This document shows positions 38,744 through 49,730 of a stretch of 64,000 nt of DNA, piece after piece. Each line of letters opens with the position of its first letter. The stretch's first letter is position 1. The notes under the pieces were generated by a model. It saw nothing but the letters and a program-made list of their open reading frames with translations. It made no database searches and was not told the origin of the DNA. The translations under genes and the position numbers were made by a program. Location: positions 16,616,001 through 16,680,000 of the forward strand of contig CM119385.1 in NCBI GenBank assembly GCA_051294905.1, read 5' to 3'. Origin of the DNA: Botryllus schlosseri (Eukaryota).

Positions 38744-41700
38744 CAGTGGTTCTTAACCTTTTTTCCTCCAGCGCCCCCTTTCAAAAATTATCGTGCTCCA
38801 GCGCCCCCCCCAAACTTCATAATGTAAGGAATGTAATAAAGACAATGAGTAAGAGGGAGGGCCGTAACAGCACTTCGTCAACCCCCTAAAAACGATTGCC
38901 TTGCGCACCCATAGCGTGATAAACCGAACTTCTGAGGGCTTCGCCCCCACGAACCCCCTATCGTGATTTCGATGGTCAGCAAAGTTTGTGTGGCCTGGTC
39001 ACCCTAGGTACCAAAATTTTCTATAATGCATGAATGAATAGGTGGCAATTACATATATACGTCGCGATAAACTGAGTGAGCTGTTGTATGGGAAGATAAA
39101 GGGCACGTAATTAATAATTAAACATATTCGGGCGTGCCCGCAGGCACAATTATTCGTCACCCGGGCCGTAACAGCACTTCGCCAGCCCCCCCCAAACAAA
39201 AAACGTTGTCCTGGGCGCCCATTGGGTGATAAACCGAGCTTCCGGGGGACTTCACTCCCAGACCCCCATTAGGCTGTCCTCTATTTGCTGAAAGCCTGTT
39301 AGGTATCTACATTCGGTGTCCATTTACTGAGGCAGCTATTGTCACCTAGTCGCGCGAAGCGCGAAAAATTTCACTAATTAATGATTGAATTGGTCAATAT
39401 CATCGGAAATTGCATGTAAATTGAGATTAATTTTTATCCTCTCTCTGCTCACGTAAACACATTTACCGGTAGAGCTGAGGGAGGTGCAATGTTCCCTCTA
39501 AGCTGCGCCCGTGCGCAGTGCTGACACGGTCTCTGCGCACAGAAAATCTACGTTGCGCACAACAAATCCGAAGTTATTAACTTTTTTTTAGTCGATACGC
39601 ACTGTTGTCCAGGGGTCAGCGCAGTGAGTTGTTGAGTGTGCGCAGACTCATCAAAACTTGATGCGAACATTGTGAGGTTTCTTGGAAACTGTAGGGCCCG
39701 TTACTAATAATTAAACATATTCGGGCGGGCGAACCCGTTGGTATGACTTCGTTGCATGATGTTATTTCGTGACCCCCTGTCTGCAATATCAAAAAATATA
39801 GAATCACTCAATGGGGATATCGCCCAACAGGAATATCCCTGTCGCCCCATCGTACTAAACTGAAAGACGCACACGATTTCAGATTGGTATTTCTTCACTG
39901 ACATATAATTTTTCCCTGCCAGATGGAATTCGTCTTCTGGGGTTCAGATTGCCAAGACATGAACATTCGGTGTCAGTTTTTAGGCGCCCATGGACAATTA
40001 ACCATATATGTATTTTGAAGGCTATATGTAACGAAGTTTTCGGTGATAATTTGCTCTGAATACTCATTAAGGATATGTCCTGTCACCACCAGAGTTGGAT
40101 CAATTACATTATTTCAGTTCAATTACAATTACAATTACAATTACTTTCATGCATGTTTCAATTACATTACAATTACAATTACTCAATGCTAAAAATATCA
40201 AATTACAATTACAATTACAATTACTCCTTGCATGCTTCAATTACATTACAATTACAATTACAATTGCTGCTGTTAAACATGTAATTGAATAATCATAAAT
40301 TCAACCATGCTCCTTGACAACTGTAGCGTCGTATTTAACAACAATTCAAGTCTAGTTCAGATTGTGTAGTAATAAATGCGTTTATGTGAGTACATAGTAT
40401 GCTATGTAAGATGTCATTGTGACGTAGTATAAGCGTGTTTTGTATGCTCGGTAATTATGGCTCACGTAATTGGAAATGTAAAATGTTATTTAGCTAATTT
40501 CCTATGGGTTAGGATTAAGGATAGGGTGCAGTATGTCGTTGAAAAAGTATTATAATATATGCACGTGTTGGATTTGCGTATATAGTATATAATTAAAGAA
40601 ATAATATTATTTTTATCGAGGGACGTAGGAATTAGGATGAGGAGTAAAAACAAAACCGTGCTTTGTCAGATAAGAAGTTATATAATATCCAGTGGTCTGG
40701 TTAGTTAGCCAGACGAAGTAACGATGCAGCATCGTGATCTGAAATCGTATTGTAGATTGCCAACCCACGGATAGATGCGCAAGATGTGAGTCACGGATGA
40801 ATGCACCGACAAACGTACTGCAGAGCCGGCTAAAAGCAGCAAACTTTGTAGTCCTAGAGCTGGCGATCCAAGCGTCCAAATTTGATGCATCTGGTCTTTA
40901 TCGTAAGCTATTGATGTACTAATTCCGAAAATACAAAATAAAATCTCGTCAAGACAATGTAACTGCTCCAAAATAGCCGTTTAAGGCCGACTGTTCTGAA
41001 AAGTGAGAGCGCTGCAGCAGCATGACCACAACAATTACCAATTACGCCCAGCGATTGTTCAGAACAATGCCGATTCCCAGACTTTCACGACTATTTTGGG
41101 ATGGTACCATTGCCTGGAAAGATACTTTTATTGCGGAATCAGTGCGACACTAGCTTTCGATTAGGACCATACATATCAAATTTCGACGCTTGGATCGCCA
41201 GCTATGGGACTATCAATTCTGCTGCTTTTAGCCGGCTCAGCAGTTCGCTTCTCGGCGTATTCAATCGTGAGTCACGTGTTGCGAATCCATCCGTTGGTTA
41301 GTAATCTAAAAATTGTATACAATGGCAGCCGATGCCAGCATAGCGGTAAAAATAAAAAAAACTTCGCCCGCAAGGGCGCAGTCAAGGGCTTCCGCGAATG
41401 GATCCACCAAATTCCTTGTCGACATTTAAAGAGAATGCATTATAAGTCAATTATTTTATGTTGTGCTTGTCAGGTCTCAATAGCAATTTAATGTAATTGA
41501 AATTGTAATTGAGCAAAATTTTTGTCAAATTACAATTACAATTACAATTACACAAAATAAAAATGCTTCAATTACAATTACATTACAATTACATTGAAAA
41601 ATGTAATTAAATACATTCAATTACAATTACAAATTACAATTGATCCAACTCTGGTCACCACATCATTTACTGCGAAGCCTTTTTCTCCAGCGCCCCCCAT

Positions 41701-41811
41701 ACCGCCCCCCTGAGCCCAGCGCCCCCCATATCGACCCCTGAGCGTTTCTGCCCCCCTTCAACATCGCCAGCGCCCCCTGGGGGGCGCTGGGGGCAAGGTT
41801 AAGAACCACTG
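38744..41811. mobile_element. hAT-Charlie-like element hosting the copy-2 insertion
   Basis: cagtggttcttaacc / ggttaagaaccactg; perfect TSD acgtagac. Confidence 0.9.
40090..41653. mobile_element. (AATTAC)n element, copy 2 in direct orientation; innermost element of a nest
   Basis: Same TIRs; perfect TSD gtcaccac; empty-site sequence at about 160-170. Confidence 0.92.
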
Positions 41812-42370
41812 ACGTAGACGCATCGAGCAAAGCACTTGTATATCCAGGATGATTTTCACATCCACTTCCCTTTCAGCGGCAGTTTGTGTCACGCCTATAT
41901 AGTGAGTATTCAGGACTGCAAACCTGGTCATGCAGGGCGATCATTGCGGGGAGCGATCTAGTTTGTTGAAATGCACCGCGCATTTTGTCCTGTTTTGAGA
42001 TGACTGACATGACTCTTGCGTATTACGAACTAGAAATAGGATAAGTGTAATGTGACATAAACGATTAAAATAGAGCTGACAAGAATGTATGGATATTACT
42101 GGTTCAATTTAACATCTTTAGGAATTAATGCGGATTTAGCGACATTTTTTAGCGATTTTGTTTCAAGATTTAGCGACATCTAGCGATTTTTTACATGAGT
42201 TTTAGCGATTTTTGTCCGTCCGGAGTTGGCAACACTGGCTCTGACCAGCGCGTTTGTTATGATTTGGCGAAGGCGACATTGGTTATCGGTATTGCAACGT
42301 CCTGATCGGCTTTGATGGTACCGTAGCCTCGTATAGATGGTATCGATGTATATTTATATCATTAGAAGGC

Positions 42371-44515
42371 ATGGACTCGAAAGTTATTACAAATCGTCGC
42401 AACCGCGACAAAATCCTGCGCTCTACCAAAGAACAGCACCGGGCATTACCATCGGTTCCTACTCGATTGAGGTACCGTGAGATCAATGGGTTCTGTAGCA
42501 AGACATTGTCATCTGGTGGGAGTAAGAAACGATTTCTTCCGAAAAGATTCGCATTCCCCATAAAGTCACTTATCGACGACCACTATCTGCATGAAGAAGG
42601 TCATGTGTTTCTTGGCTTCAGTAGCTGCAATAACTTCCTGATTTCATACACTGAAGCTCTTGCGGAGTCGAGGCATTCCGGATTTTTATCACATGTTTAT
42701 ACCCTGTATTGGTGGTTATGGGAGCCTCAACGCAAAGCAAAGCAGGTGGGAAGAGTCGGACTTTTCGGAAATGAAGAAATTGAGTATTCCCTCTTCTTAT
42801 GTTACGCTGAATGGCCAACATCAAAATCTCATATCGTTTTGTATGGATTCAGAACATATGGTGACAGTGCCTACATTACAATAGCTACTGTCCCATCACT
42901 TTCACCTTGCAAAGAATGTGACTTGACTCCCTATGTAACTGAACATGGAATTGAAGAAGCTCCTACTTCAAAACCACTATGCATAAAACACGGATACACT
43001 GTTCACTTCAAGCAGGCTTCGGGGACTTCAGATACTGGCGTGCTGAATCGTAGCAGCTTCAAAATTGATGATGTTCTTGTCTTGAACATTGGACATTCAA
43101 TTGCCGTTCTCAGCACTGGAAGTCTCTTTGATGATACCGATTTAGAGAACCTGCCTTTAAGTCAGATAAAACGAAGTGCCTGTGAGGAACCAATGGTTGA
43201 CATGGAGGGAGATATCCTAGTGCCTGAAGAATCGTGCAATCCAGCTGCGGATATGAATCTTACTTATAAAAGTGGACTCGATACATCAGCCGGAGTGTCA
43301 CTTAAAAAATCGTGTATGAGCAATGCTGACGAGTCCTATTCCGTCAAGGAGGAATGCTCTAATCCTAGTGTATATGACATTGACGATAACGAAAACTGTG
43401 AGAGGATCAACTTGAGCCGGCAAGGTCCAAAACGGAAAGCCGACAAAGAAAACATGTATTCAAACCACTGTGAAATATTTGAAACCCAGATATCCCTCGA
43501 AGTTGATCCATACTATGATCCTGAACCTAAAAGCATTGTCTTGAATTGGTCCAATACTAGAAATGGTTCTACCGTCTCCAATAATTGTAACCATGGTTCT
43601 CTGTCACAGAGTACTTCGATTGAAGGTGGGTGCTCTTGTCAAACTTCTAGCAAAATAAAGAGCTTGACATGGTTCGCGCACCCGTCTGTCTTAAATGAAA
43701 GACATATTTCAGGAATGAACTCTCGCTCTGAGCTTAGTTTCATGACGCCAAGTCCGACAGCAAGTGACGGAAGCAGTAGCTTACCATTTTCTGACTCGGG
43801 CATTCCGATATACAATGGAAAAGCCAATGGTCCACCCAATTCAGATGGCCTAGTCTCATTCAGCGAAACCTTTTACGGACCAGTTAACAGTAGCGAGGTT
43901 GATGAAGACCATCCGTTGCCAGCCGGAGATACAAGCGTCCAGTTCTGTGCGATGTCTTGTACTGGAGGGTTTGGAGAAACACTCCACCCTTTGGACAAGG
44001 GGCACTCTCGCATTCAGGCTTACAGTCAAAATATGGTATTAGATTTGGAGCACGTCATATTTGATATCTTGCGTACACGGTGTTACACTGCCTACAAGTA
44101 TGGATACTTGGTTGATTACGAAGCAAATATACTGGATGTTTGCACTGCTACAAGGTCCGTTGTTGTCCACATTGCTGCAATTTTAAACATCAGACACTCC
44201 AAAACCAAGCTACTCCTCTCTGTTGCACAGGAGAGACCGCTATGCCAACAAGCCGAGTTCATATTATCATGGAGTCTCTCTACTGGCCGATACGAAGTCG
44301 TGGTGGCCAGACCATTTGTCCCATACGATGAACGGAAATCTGGTCAGTGGAAGGGGTCGTGGATTCTAGGAGAAGACTCCGTCATCAAGAGAAATTGTTC
44401 TGTCCCAATCGACCCTCTTAGAAGTGTATACATACTGGATAATCTGGCTGTGTTGAATGGACAATCGCTCAGCGTCTTGTGGAGCTGCGATAGGACCCTT
44501 GCTATAACCAAGTAG
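42371..44515 (+). CDS. DCAF15: DDB1- and CUL4-associated factor 15, single exon, 714 aa
   Basis: Recognisable DCAF15 motifs: GHVFLGFSSCNNFLISYT, YTLYWW, LFGNEEI, EWP, CKEC...CIKHG, VLVLNIGHS, and C-terminal DYE...DVC. Confidence 0.9.
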   Translation: MDSKVITNRRNRDKILRSTKEQHRALPSVPTRLRYREINGFCSKTLSSGGSKKRFLPKRFAFPIKSLIDDHYLHEEGHVFLGFSSCNNFLISYTEALAESRHSGFLSHVYTLYWWLWEPQRKAKQVGRVGLFGNEEIEYSLFLCYAEWPTSKSHIVLYGFRTYGDSAYITIATVPSLSPCKECDLTPYVTEHGIEEAPTSKPLCIKHGYTVHFKQASGTSDTGVLNRSSFKIDDVLVLNIGHSIAVLSTGSLFDDTDLENLPLSQIKRSACEEPMVDMEGDILVPEESCNPAADMNLTYKSGLDTSAGVSLKKSCMSNADESYSVKEECSNPSVYDIDDNENCERINLSRQGPKRKADKENMYSNHCEIFETQISLEVDPYYDPEPKSIVLNWSNTRNGSTVSNNCNHGSLSQSTSIEGGCSCQTSSKIKSLTWFAHPSVLNERHISGMNSRSELSFMTPSPTASDGSSSLPFSDSGIPIYNGKANGPPNSDGLVSFSETFYGPVNSSEVDEDHPLPAGDTSVQFCAMSCTGGFGETLHPLDKGHSRIQAYSQNMVLDLEHVIFDILRTRCYTAYKYGYLVDYEANILDVCTATRSVVVHIAAILNIRHSKTKLLLSVAQERPLCQQAEFILSWSLSTGRYEVVVARPFVPYDERKSGQWKGSWILGEDSVIKRNCSVPIDPLRSVYILDNLAVLNGQSLSVLWSCDRTLAITK

Positions 44516-45345
44516 CTAGTTATTATTGATTTATTATTTCTCAAGTTCATTTGTTTTATAATATATTAAGCATTGAATTTTGGGTTTAATTAGCGATCAG
44601 TCGTCCGGATATAGTGACACCAACACGGATCTACAATTGGATTTTGCATCCACCATTCCGATTACATTTACAAATCCCACCTTAGTGAAATGAGAATTCA
44701 TGGACCGTTCATTACACAACATACTCATATTCCATTTATCAAACAACTTGCCTGTCAACTCAACGATTAGACCAGTGGTTCTCAAAGCGATGCCCCATCT
44801 TATCTCCTTGTCATTGTTCTGTGTATATACTATGTAGGCCTAGTTTCATATCTTACAACTATCGCATCAGCAGCCATAACCATCCAAGCCATCATACTAT
44901 ATATTTCGTGATATAACTAATATGCGCTTGAATTATTACCACCATAAAGGGGGCATTTAAAAAAGTTCCACTGAGTTAGACCATTTTACTCTGCAAAGGA
45001 TTTCTGAAGCTCACATCTGCGCAAAGTGGCCACTTCCTCAATACTAATCCGTTCGTTCACTGGTTATCGTTCCACCCTTCTGAGATGTTACAACTACTAT
45101 TTGTACTAATTACCTGGAGCTCAGCCCAGCCTACTCAGTACTTGATTATATGCAGTTCAACTAGAACTCAAACCTACACTCAACCGCACAAGGATTTCGA
45201 TCCGGAAATTGGGTAGTTTGCACAGCACTGCAATTATATGACCCAAATCTCAGGTCGATCCCAACACACCATAGCAACAGACAAATACATATATCATTTT
45301 CATTTATTGCATCCCCAAGAATTGAAATTCAACGTTCGAACAGGT

Positions 45346-45351
45346 TCATTC
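45346..45351 (-). CDS. RPL12: RPL12 exon 6 coding part (GAA TGA)
   Basis: tttcag| acceptor after a 60-nt intron; gives the canonical 165-aa length. Confidence 0.7.
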   Translation of the reverse strand, partial: E

Positions 45352-47152
45352 CTGAAACAGAAAACACATTTGAGGCAACGCTACCAGGGCTTGATTTTTT
45401 AATACCAGTACCTGCGGGATTTCCATTAACCCCTCGTTGATTTCATCAATGACGTCGTGCGGGGGTTTTCCGGCTACAGTGCATCCAACGCTTTGTGCTG
45501 TGCCGAGAATTTCCTATGAAAAACAACAACACTTTTTACCACAAGTAAAAACCAGAATTTCGATTGTCAGCAGTTTGCTCTTCATAGAAACCTGTCATTG
45601 CCTATTTTTCCGATCAGAATCCTCTACCAGACATGAGCAAATGACAGATTAAGAGTTTAAATATGTACAATTCAGGGGTTTAGATGGTGATGACGAAGTA
45701 GAGAATGTCAATTATACGCCATGATCCAGATTCAAAGCCCAGCAAATAAAAATATATCTAATCGACAACTCTTCTTCATGAAATATCCATCAGTGGTAAG
45801 GGTTTGAGGTGCGTATAATTTTATTTCAGTACTCTAATAATCAAATTTGATACCCAACATTGATTTCAACAGTTGAAGCGATATGCCCACACCTGATCAA
45901 TAACTTCTGTTGAATACAGCAAATTCTCACCTTGACGGTTCCACTAAGTTCACGAGCCAGTGATCTCTCCCTCATCACTCTGGCGATGTCGATGATCTCA
46001 TCGATGGTGACATTTCCGCTGTGCTTGACTAGAAAGCAAAATAACCTTCAAAGAACGGGGGAATAGCAGAGTTCTATCTGTATGCTTTGATGTCGGTGTG
46101 CGCTCACCGAAGGCGAAACTAGACCTCGTCATGAGGCGTGGATGGGATGCCAACCCCTACCACCTCTGTAGTAGCGAAACTAAAGCTAGCGAGAAGCCTG
46201 CAAGCCAGCTTACTGTTCTTCACTTTCTTTCTATCACGCGGAGGCTCTTTGAGAGCGCGAATGATGAGAGAGGAGGCGGATGGGACGACCGAAACTGTAG
46301 CTTGCCTGTAGAGAGAGCGAGCATGTAAGACTTGTGGTGTTTGAAGTAGTTACCGTTGGTTGGTTACTTCTAGTAGAAAAAGTATACAACATAGGAAATT
46401 ATATTCGAGACAGAATAAAGAAGTAGATTAGGCCAAGTGGTCGAACCAGATAATGCAAACTGACCTGTTTTGAACAGTGAGCTTGACAGTGATTCGTAGA
46501 CCCTTCCACTCCTGTGTCGCTTTTGCGATGTCGTCTCCGACCTTTTTAGGGCTGAGACCAAGTGGACCAATCTTTGGAGCAAGGGCTGCCGTGGCTCCTA
46601 CTTCGCCCCCAGTAGCTCTGAGGTAGACTGTGAAATAAATGACTCTAATATTACGTTGAGATATAGCCGAAGCTTGCTTCTTTGCCATATTTATTTGGAC
46701 ATAATCCAAAGCGAGTTGAGACACTGAATAGCTCTACTGGTTATTTACTGGGTTGGGATATGACTATATACTAATGCAGGAATTCCTGCATGAGTGGAAT
46801 TAGTGGCAATGTCACATGCAATATTGTATTTAATGAATTCATTATTTTATGCAAGAACCCTCCTGTCACTGTCACACGCAATTTGTTGGTTATATAAATA
46901 GTAAGTTATTGTCCCCCAAATTTGGGCAGAGAGACCAGTTTCTGCCAGGAAATCTATATGAATATCATTTGAAATATCAAATCATTGTCAAGCACTGCTT
47001 CAACTCTTCGTAAATGTAGCAAAATCGAACAGGATTTGACGTGGTGGTATAAAACGAGCGTTCGGTTTCGAAATCAGACTGAATCATCAGCAATATTTAC
47101 GAAATAGCAACTTACCAACGGTAATAGCAGTTGGATCGAACTTGGGTGGCAT
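45346..47152 (-). CDS. RPL12: 60S ribosomal protein L12 (uL11), 6 exons, 165 aa
   Basis: Exons 47116-47152, 46465-46627, 46214-46305, 45931-46028, 45412-45513, 45346-45351 total 498 nt. MPPKFDP...[38 protein letters not shown]...[28 protein letters not shown] at 45303-45308 (-). Confidence 0.97.
45412..45513 (-). CDS. RPL12: RPL12 exon 5
   Basis: [28 protein letters not shown]. Confidence 0.95.
45931..46028 (-). CDS. RPL12: RPL12 exon 4
   Basis: [32 protein letters not shown]. Confidence 0.97.
46076..46175 (-). ncRNA. Candidate intronic snoRNA-like structured RNA in RPL12 intron 3
   Basis: GC-richer than the flanks; two hairpins and an ACA about 47 nt before the acceptor; no canonical H box. 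Confidence 0.25.
46214..46305 (-). CDS. RPL12: RPL12 exon 3
   Basis: [30 protein letters not shown]. Confidence 0.97.
46465..46627 (-). CDS. RPL12: RPL12 exon 2
   Basis: [10 protein letters not shown]...LTVQNR; cag| and |gtcagt. Confidence 0.97.
47116..47152 (-). CDS. RPL12: RPL12 exon 1 ([12 protein letters not shown])
   Basis: ATG at 47152; |gtaagt donor. Confidence 0.95.
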
Positions 47153-47231
47153 TTTGTCGCGACTCAAATCCGATTCTTCTAGATTCTAAAAGACTATTGG
47201 CAGGACAGCAACAGACACACGTAGCCACTTC

Positions 47232-47251
47232 GGCGAGAAGTAGAAAAGGAC
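47232..47251 (-). promoter_or_regulatory. Candidate TCT initiator / 5'TOP pyrimidine tract of RPL12
   Basis: Minus strand reads TCCTTTTCTACTTCTC about 90 nt upstream of the ATG, as is typical of ribosomal protein genes. Confidence 0.5.
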
Positions 47252-47687
47252 CGACGATGGACGAAATCGCTGAAACGACAATCCGTTACGCATGGAGCAC
47301 TTTCAGAAAACGATGGACAACGCTCCAATTTCCCCCAAGCAAGCCCTGCCGCAGTTTATAGGCTACGACTGATTTTGATTAACTAGTAGTAAAAACTGAT
47401 CAGTTACTCATATAATCCCGTCCATTCTTCAGAAATATGTACGGTAGTTACACAAGTCATGTATTCATGAACGGCAATTCTAGCATGAATAGTTGAATAC
47501 GATCACGATGGAATCTAATTTTCACTCACACTGCAGAAATCATGAACTTACCGATTGTGATTTAATGAACGTAGCTCCACCCCCCGCCCCCTCCAGGAGT
47601 GCTTCAGTATGACCCATTTTACGAAAGATATTGGGGATTACAATGGGAGATCTTGCAACCATATCAAGTAATTTTGTTTGTATAAAA

Positions 47688-47825
47688 TCAGCGAGATGGT
47701 GTAATGGTGATGCGTCCGGCTTCTTGGTCGGTAGGTGGGTTCGATCCCCGGCAGGGTCAGACCATAGCAATTTACAACGTAGCTACGTTGTAAATTGCTA
47801 TGGTCAGACCGAAATCTGGTATCCG
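47688..47825 (+). mobile_element. tRNA-derived SINE head (A and B boxes)
   Basis: gatggtgtaatggt (A box) and ggttcgatccc (B box); no closable acceptor stem; similar to 4690-4760. Confidence 0.65.
47764..47801. mobile_element. Palindromic mini-insertion in a SINE (38-46 bp depending on the TSD assigned)
   Basis: atagcaatttacaacgtag|ctacgttgtaaattgctat flanked by duplicated ggtcagacc. Confidence 0.7.
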
Positions 47826-47856
47826 CAGGACCGCGGCTATTTCGGGAGGTGAGCCG

Positions 47857-48020
47857 GAAAGTTGACCTTTTTTTTAGTCAGCCACCTGATAATGTGAAAC
47901 AAAAACTGTATTTTGGTGACTGAGAGAGAAAGTCGACATTTTTTTGGTCAACCACCTGATTGTGAAAGAAAAACTGTATTTTGGGCACTGAGCGAGAAAG
48001 TTGTCCTATTTTTAGTCGAC
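47857..48020 (+). repeat. Tandem repeat, about 70-bp unit, 2.3 copies
   Basis: gaaagt(t/c)gac...ccacctgat...aaaaactgtatttt units start at 47857, 47928 and 47996. Confidence 0.75.
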
Positions 48021-48419
48021 ACACCACGAAGTGGGAAAAAGTTACTATTTTTCCTCCGGTATTCCAAATTCTTAAAATTTTGAAAAAGTATCCTCCTTCA
48101 CCGATTCCAGTATATGGTAACGCTACCTTACGGTGGTATCGCATCTCCGTCGTCAAAGCATCACGTTGGTGCAGGCGAAGAAGAATATCACCTCTCTCTC
48201 TCAATGACGTAACATTAAACCTATACACATCTCCCAACAAGATTCGGCATTAACAATCGGTAGGCCTACACTTTCTTGTATCTTCGAAATTAATCGAGGA
48301 ATCTCACATATATAAATGCGGGCTAAACTATCTGGCCTACAGTCGTCCATTAAATAAACAATAAACGGTCTATCATTTCTGGTTAAGATTCAGTAGAAGT
48401 ATCCCGTCGGCTACCTGAC

Positions 48420-48760
48420 AGTCGACGAGCATGTCCACATTCAAGTCGAAATACAAGCAATTATACTACTAAATAAATATACTAATCCATCCTCAAGATT
48501 ACCGGACCACGACCACGACCTGACATATATCGATCCCGCCTTCCGTGACATGCCACCCTAGTTTTTGTCGCTCGCTTATTTCTATACTATCTTCTTCTAC
48601 TTTTCATTCAGTGTGCAGTGCTTGCCTCCTCATTACGTCGCCTAGAGGCCAAGGTGGGTGTCTGATTCCATAGACTATACGCCGAGTCGCATCGACACCT
48701 TCCTATCTTTTCATTGTATCGCATTCTGTGGTATATTGGACAGATTAAAATTGCTAATAT
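48420..48760 (+). repeat. Uninterrupted copy of the same repeat family
   Basis: Colinear with 31960-33170 and 49260-49850, with no insertion at the cctag site. Confidence 0.8.
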
Positions 48761-49484
48761 ACGAATGATGATGATGTGATAGAGAAGCCATTTTCCACAC
48801 ATTTTCCGCATATTTTCTGTATCACATTCACTGCCGTTTGTTATGTATTTTGGTTCGATGAAAATAAAGACTCTCTCTCTCTCTCTCTCCACAGTTGCGC
48901 CGCTTTCAATCGCGCATCGCCTATAGAGAGACCCAGGTGGGTGTCTGATCTCAAAGGCGACTCCTATAGTCGTTCATCGGCATCTTCCCATCATTCATTG
49001 TATTGCAGTCTTGTGATGTTTTGAAGTGATGAAATTTTATGAATAAACTTGAACTTGCATAGAACTATTATCCATTACTGGCATCTATACAGTTCTTCGC
49101 AGTCTTACCGAGGGTAAGGAATGCTTAAATTCACTCGATCAACACGACTGATCAATTAGCACGAAAGACCTGCCATCCCAGCTTCTTCATTCGAAGAACT
49201 TCCTCACAGTTCATATGCCGGACCTGATGTGTGGAACAGTATCCCGCCGGCCATACGACAGTCGGCGAGCATGTCCATTGTCCACATTCAAGTCGAAATA
49301 CAAGCAATTACTACTAAATAAATACAGTCCATCCTCAAGATTACCGGACCACGACTGACCTATCGATCTCGCTTCCCATGAAATGCCGCCATGTTTTCTT
49401 GTCGTTTTTCTTTCTATACTATCTTCTTTACTTTCATTCAGTGTGCATGTGTAGGCCTATGCCTCCTCTTTACATCGCCTAGGC

Positions 49485-49730
49485 CAGTGGTTCCCAACGT
49501 GGGCGATTTGGCGGTCTAGGGGGCGATGACGCGTCAAATCGGCTGACCTTTTTTTTTAGTCAACCCACGGAAATTTGTTACAAAAGTGTGTCAAATTAGA
49601 CATCGATCCAAAAATTTGACCTTTTTTTACAGTTTGTATGCCCAATTTTCGGTACACAAAATTTGGGGGGCGATGATCGGAGTTGACCCTGAAAAGGGGG
49701 CGATAGGTCGAAAAAGGTTGGGAACCACTG
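49485..49730. mobile_element. 246-bp hAT-Charlie-like MITE
   Basis: cagtggttcccaac / gttgggaaccactg; perfect TSD gcctaggc. Confidence 0.9.

Larger units (their letters stand above)
37556..42237. mobile_element. Outer hAT-type element with TAGCGA subterminal repeats
   Basis: TIRs cagtgttgccaa / ttggcaacactg; perfect TSD gctctgac. Confidence 0.88.

Noticed and set aside
46774-46791. 18-bp perfect palindrome atgcaggaattcctgcat in RPL12 intron 1
   Set aside because: No flanking duplication and no second copy; too short to interpret alone.
47688-47760. Possible tRNA gene
   Set aside because: A and B boxes are present but there is no acceptor stem or anticodon arm; it matches the SINE at 4690-4760.
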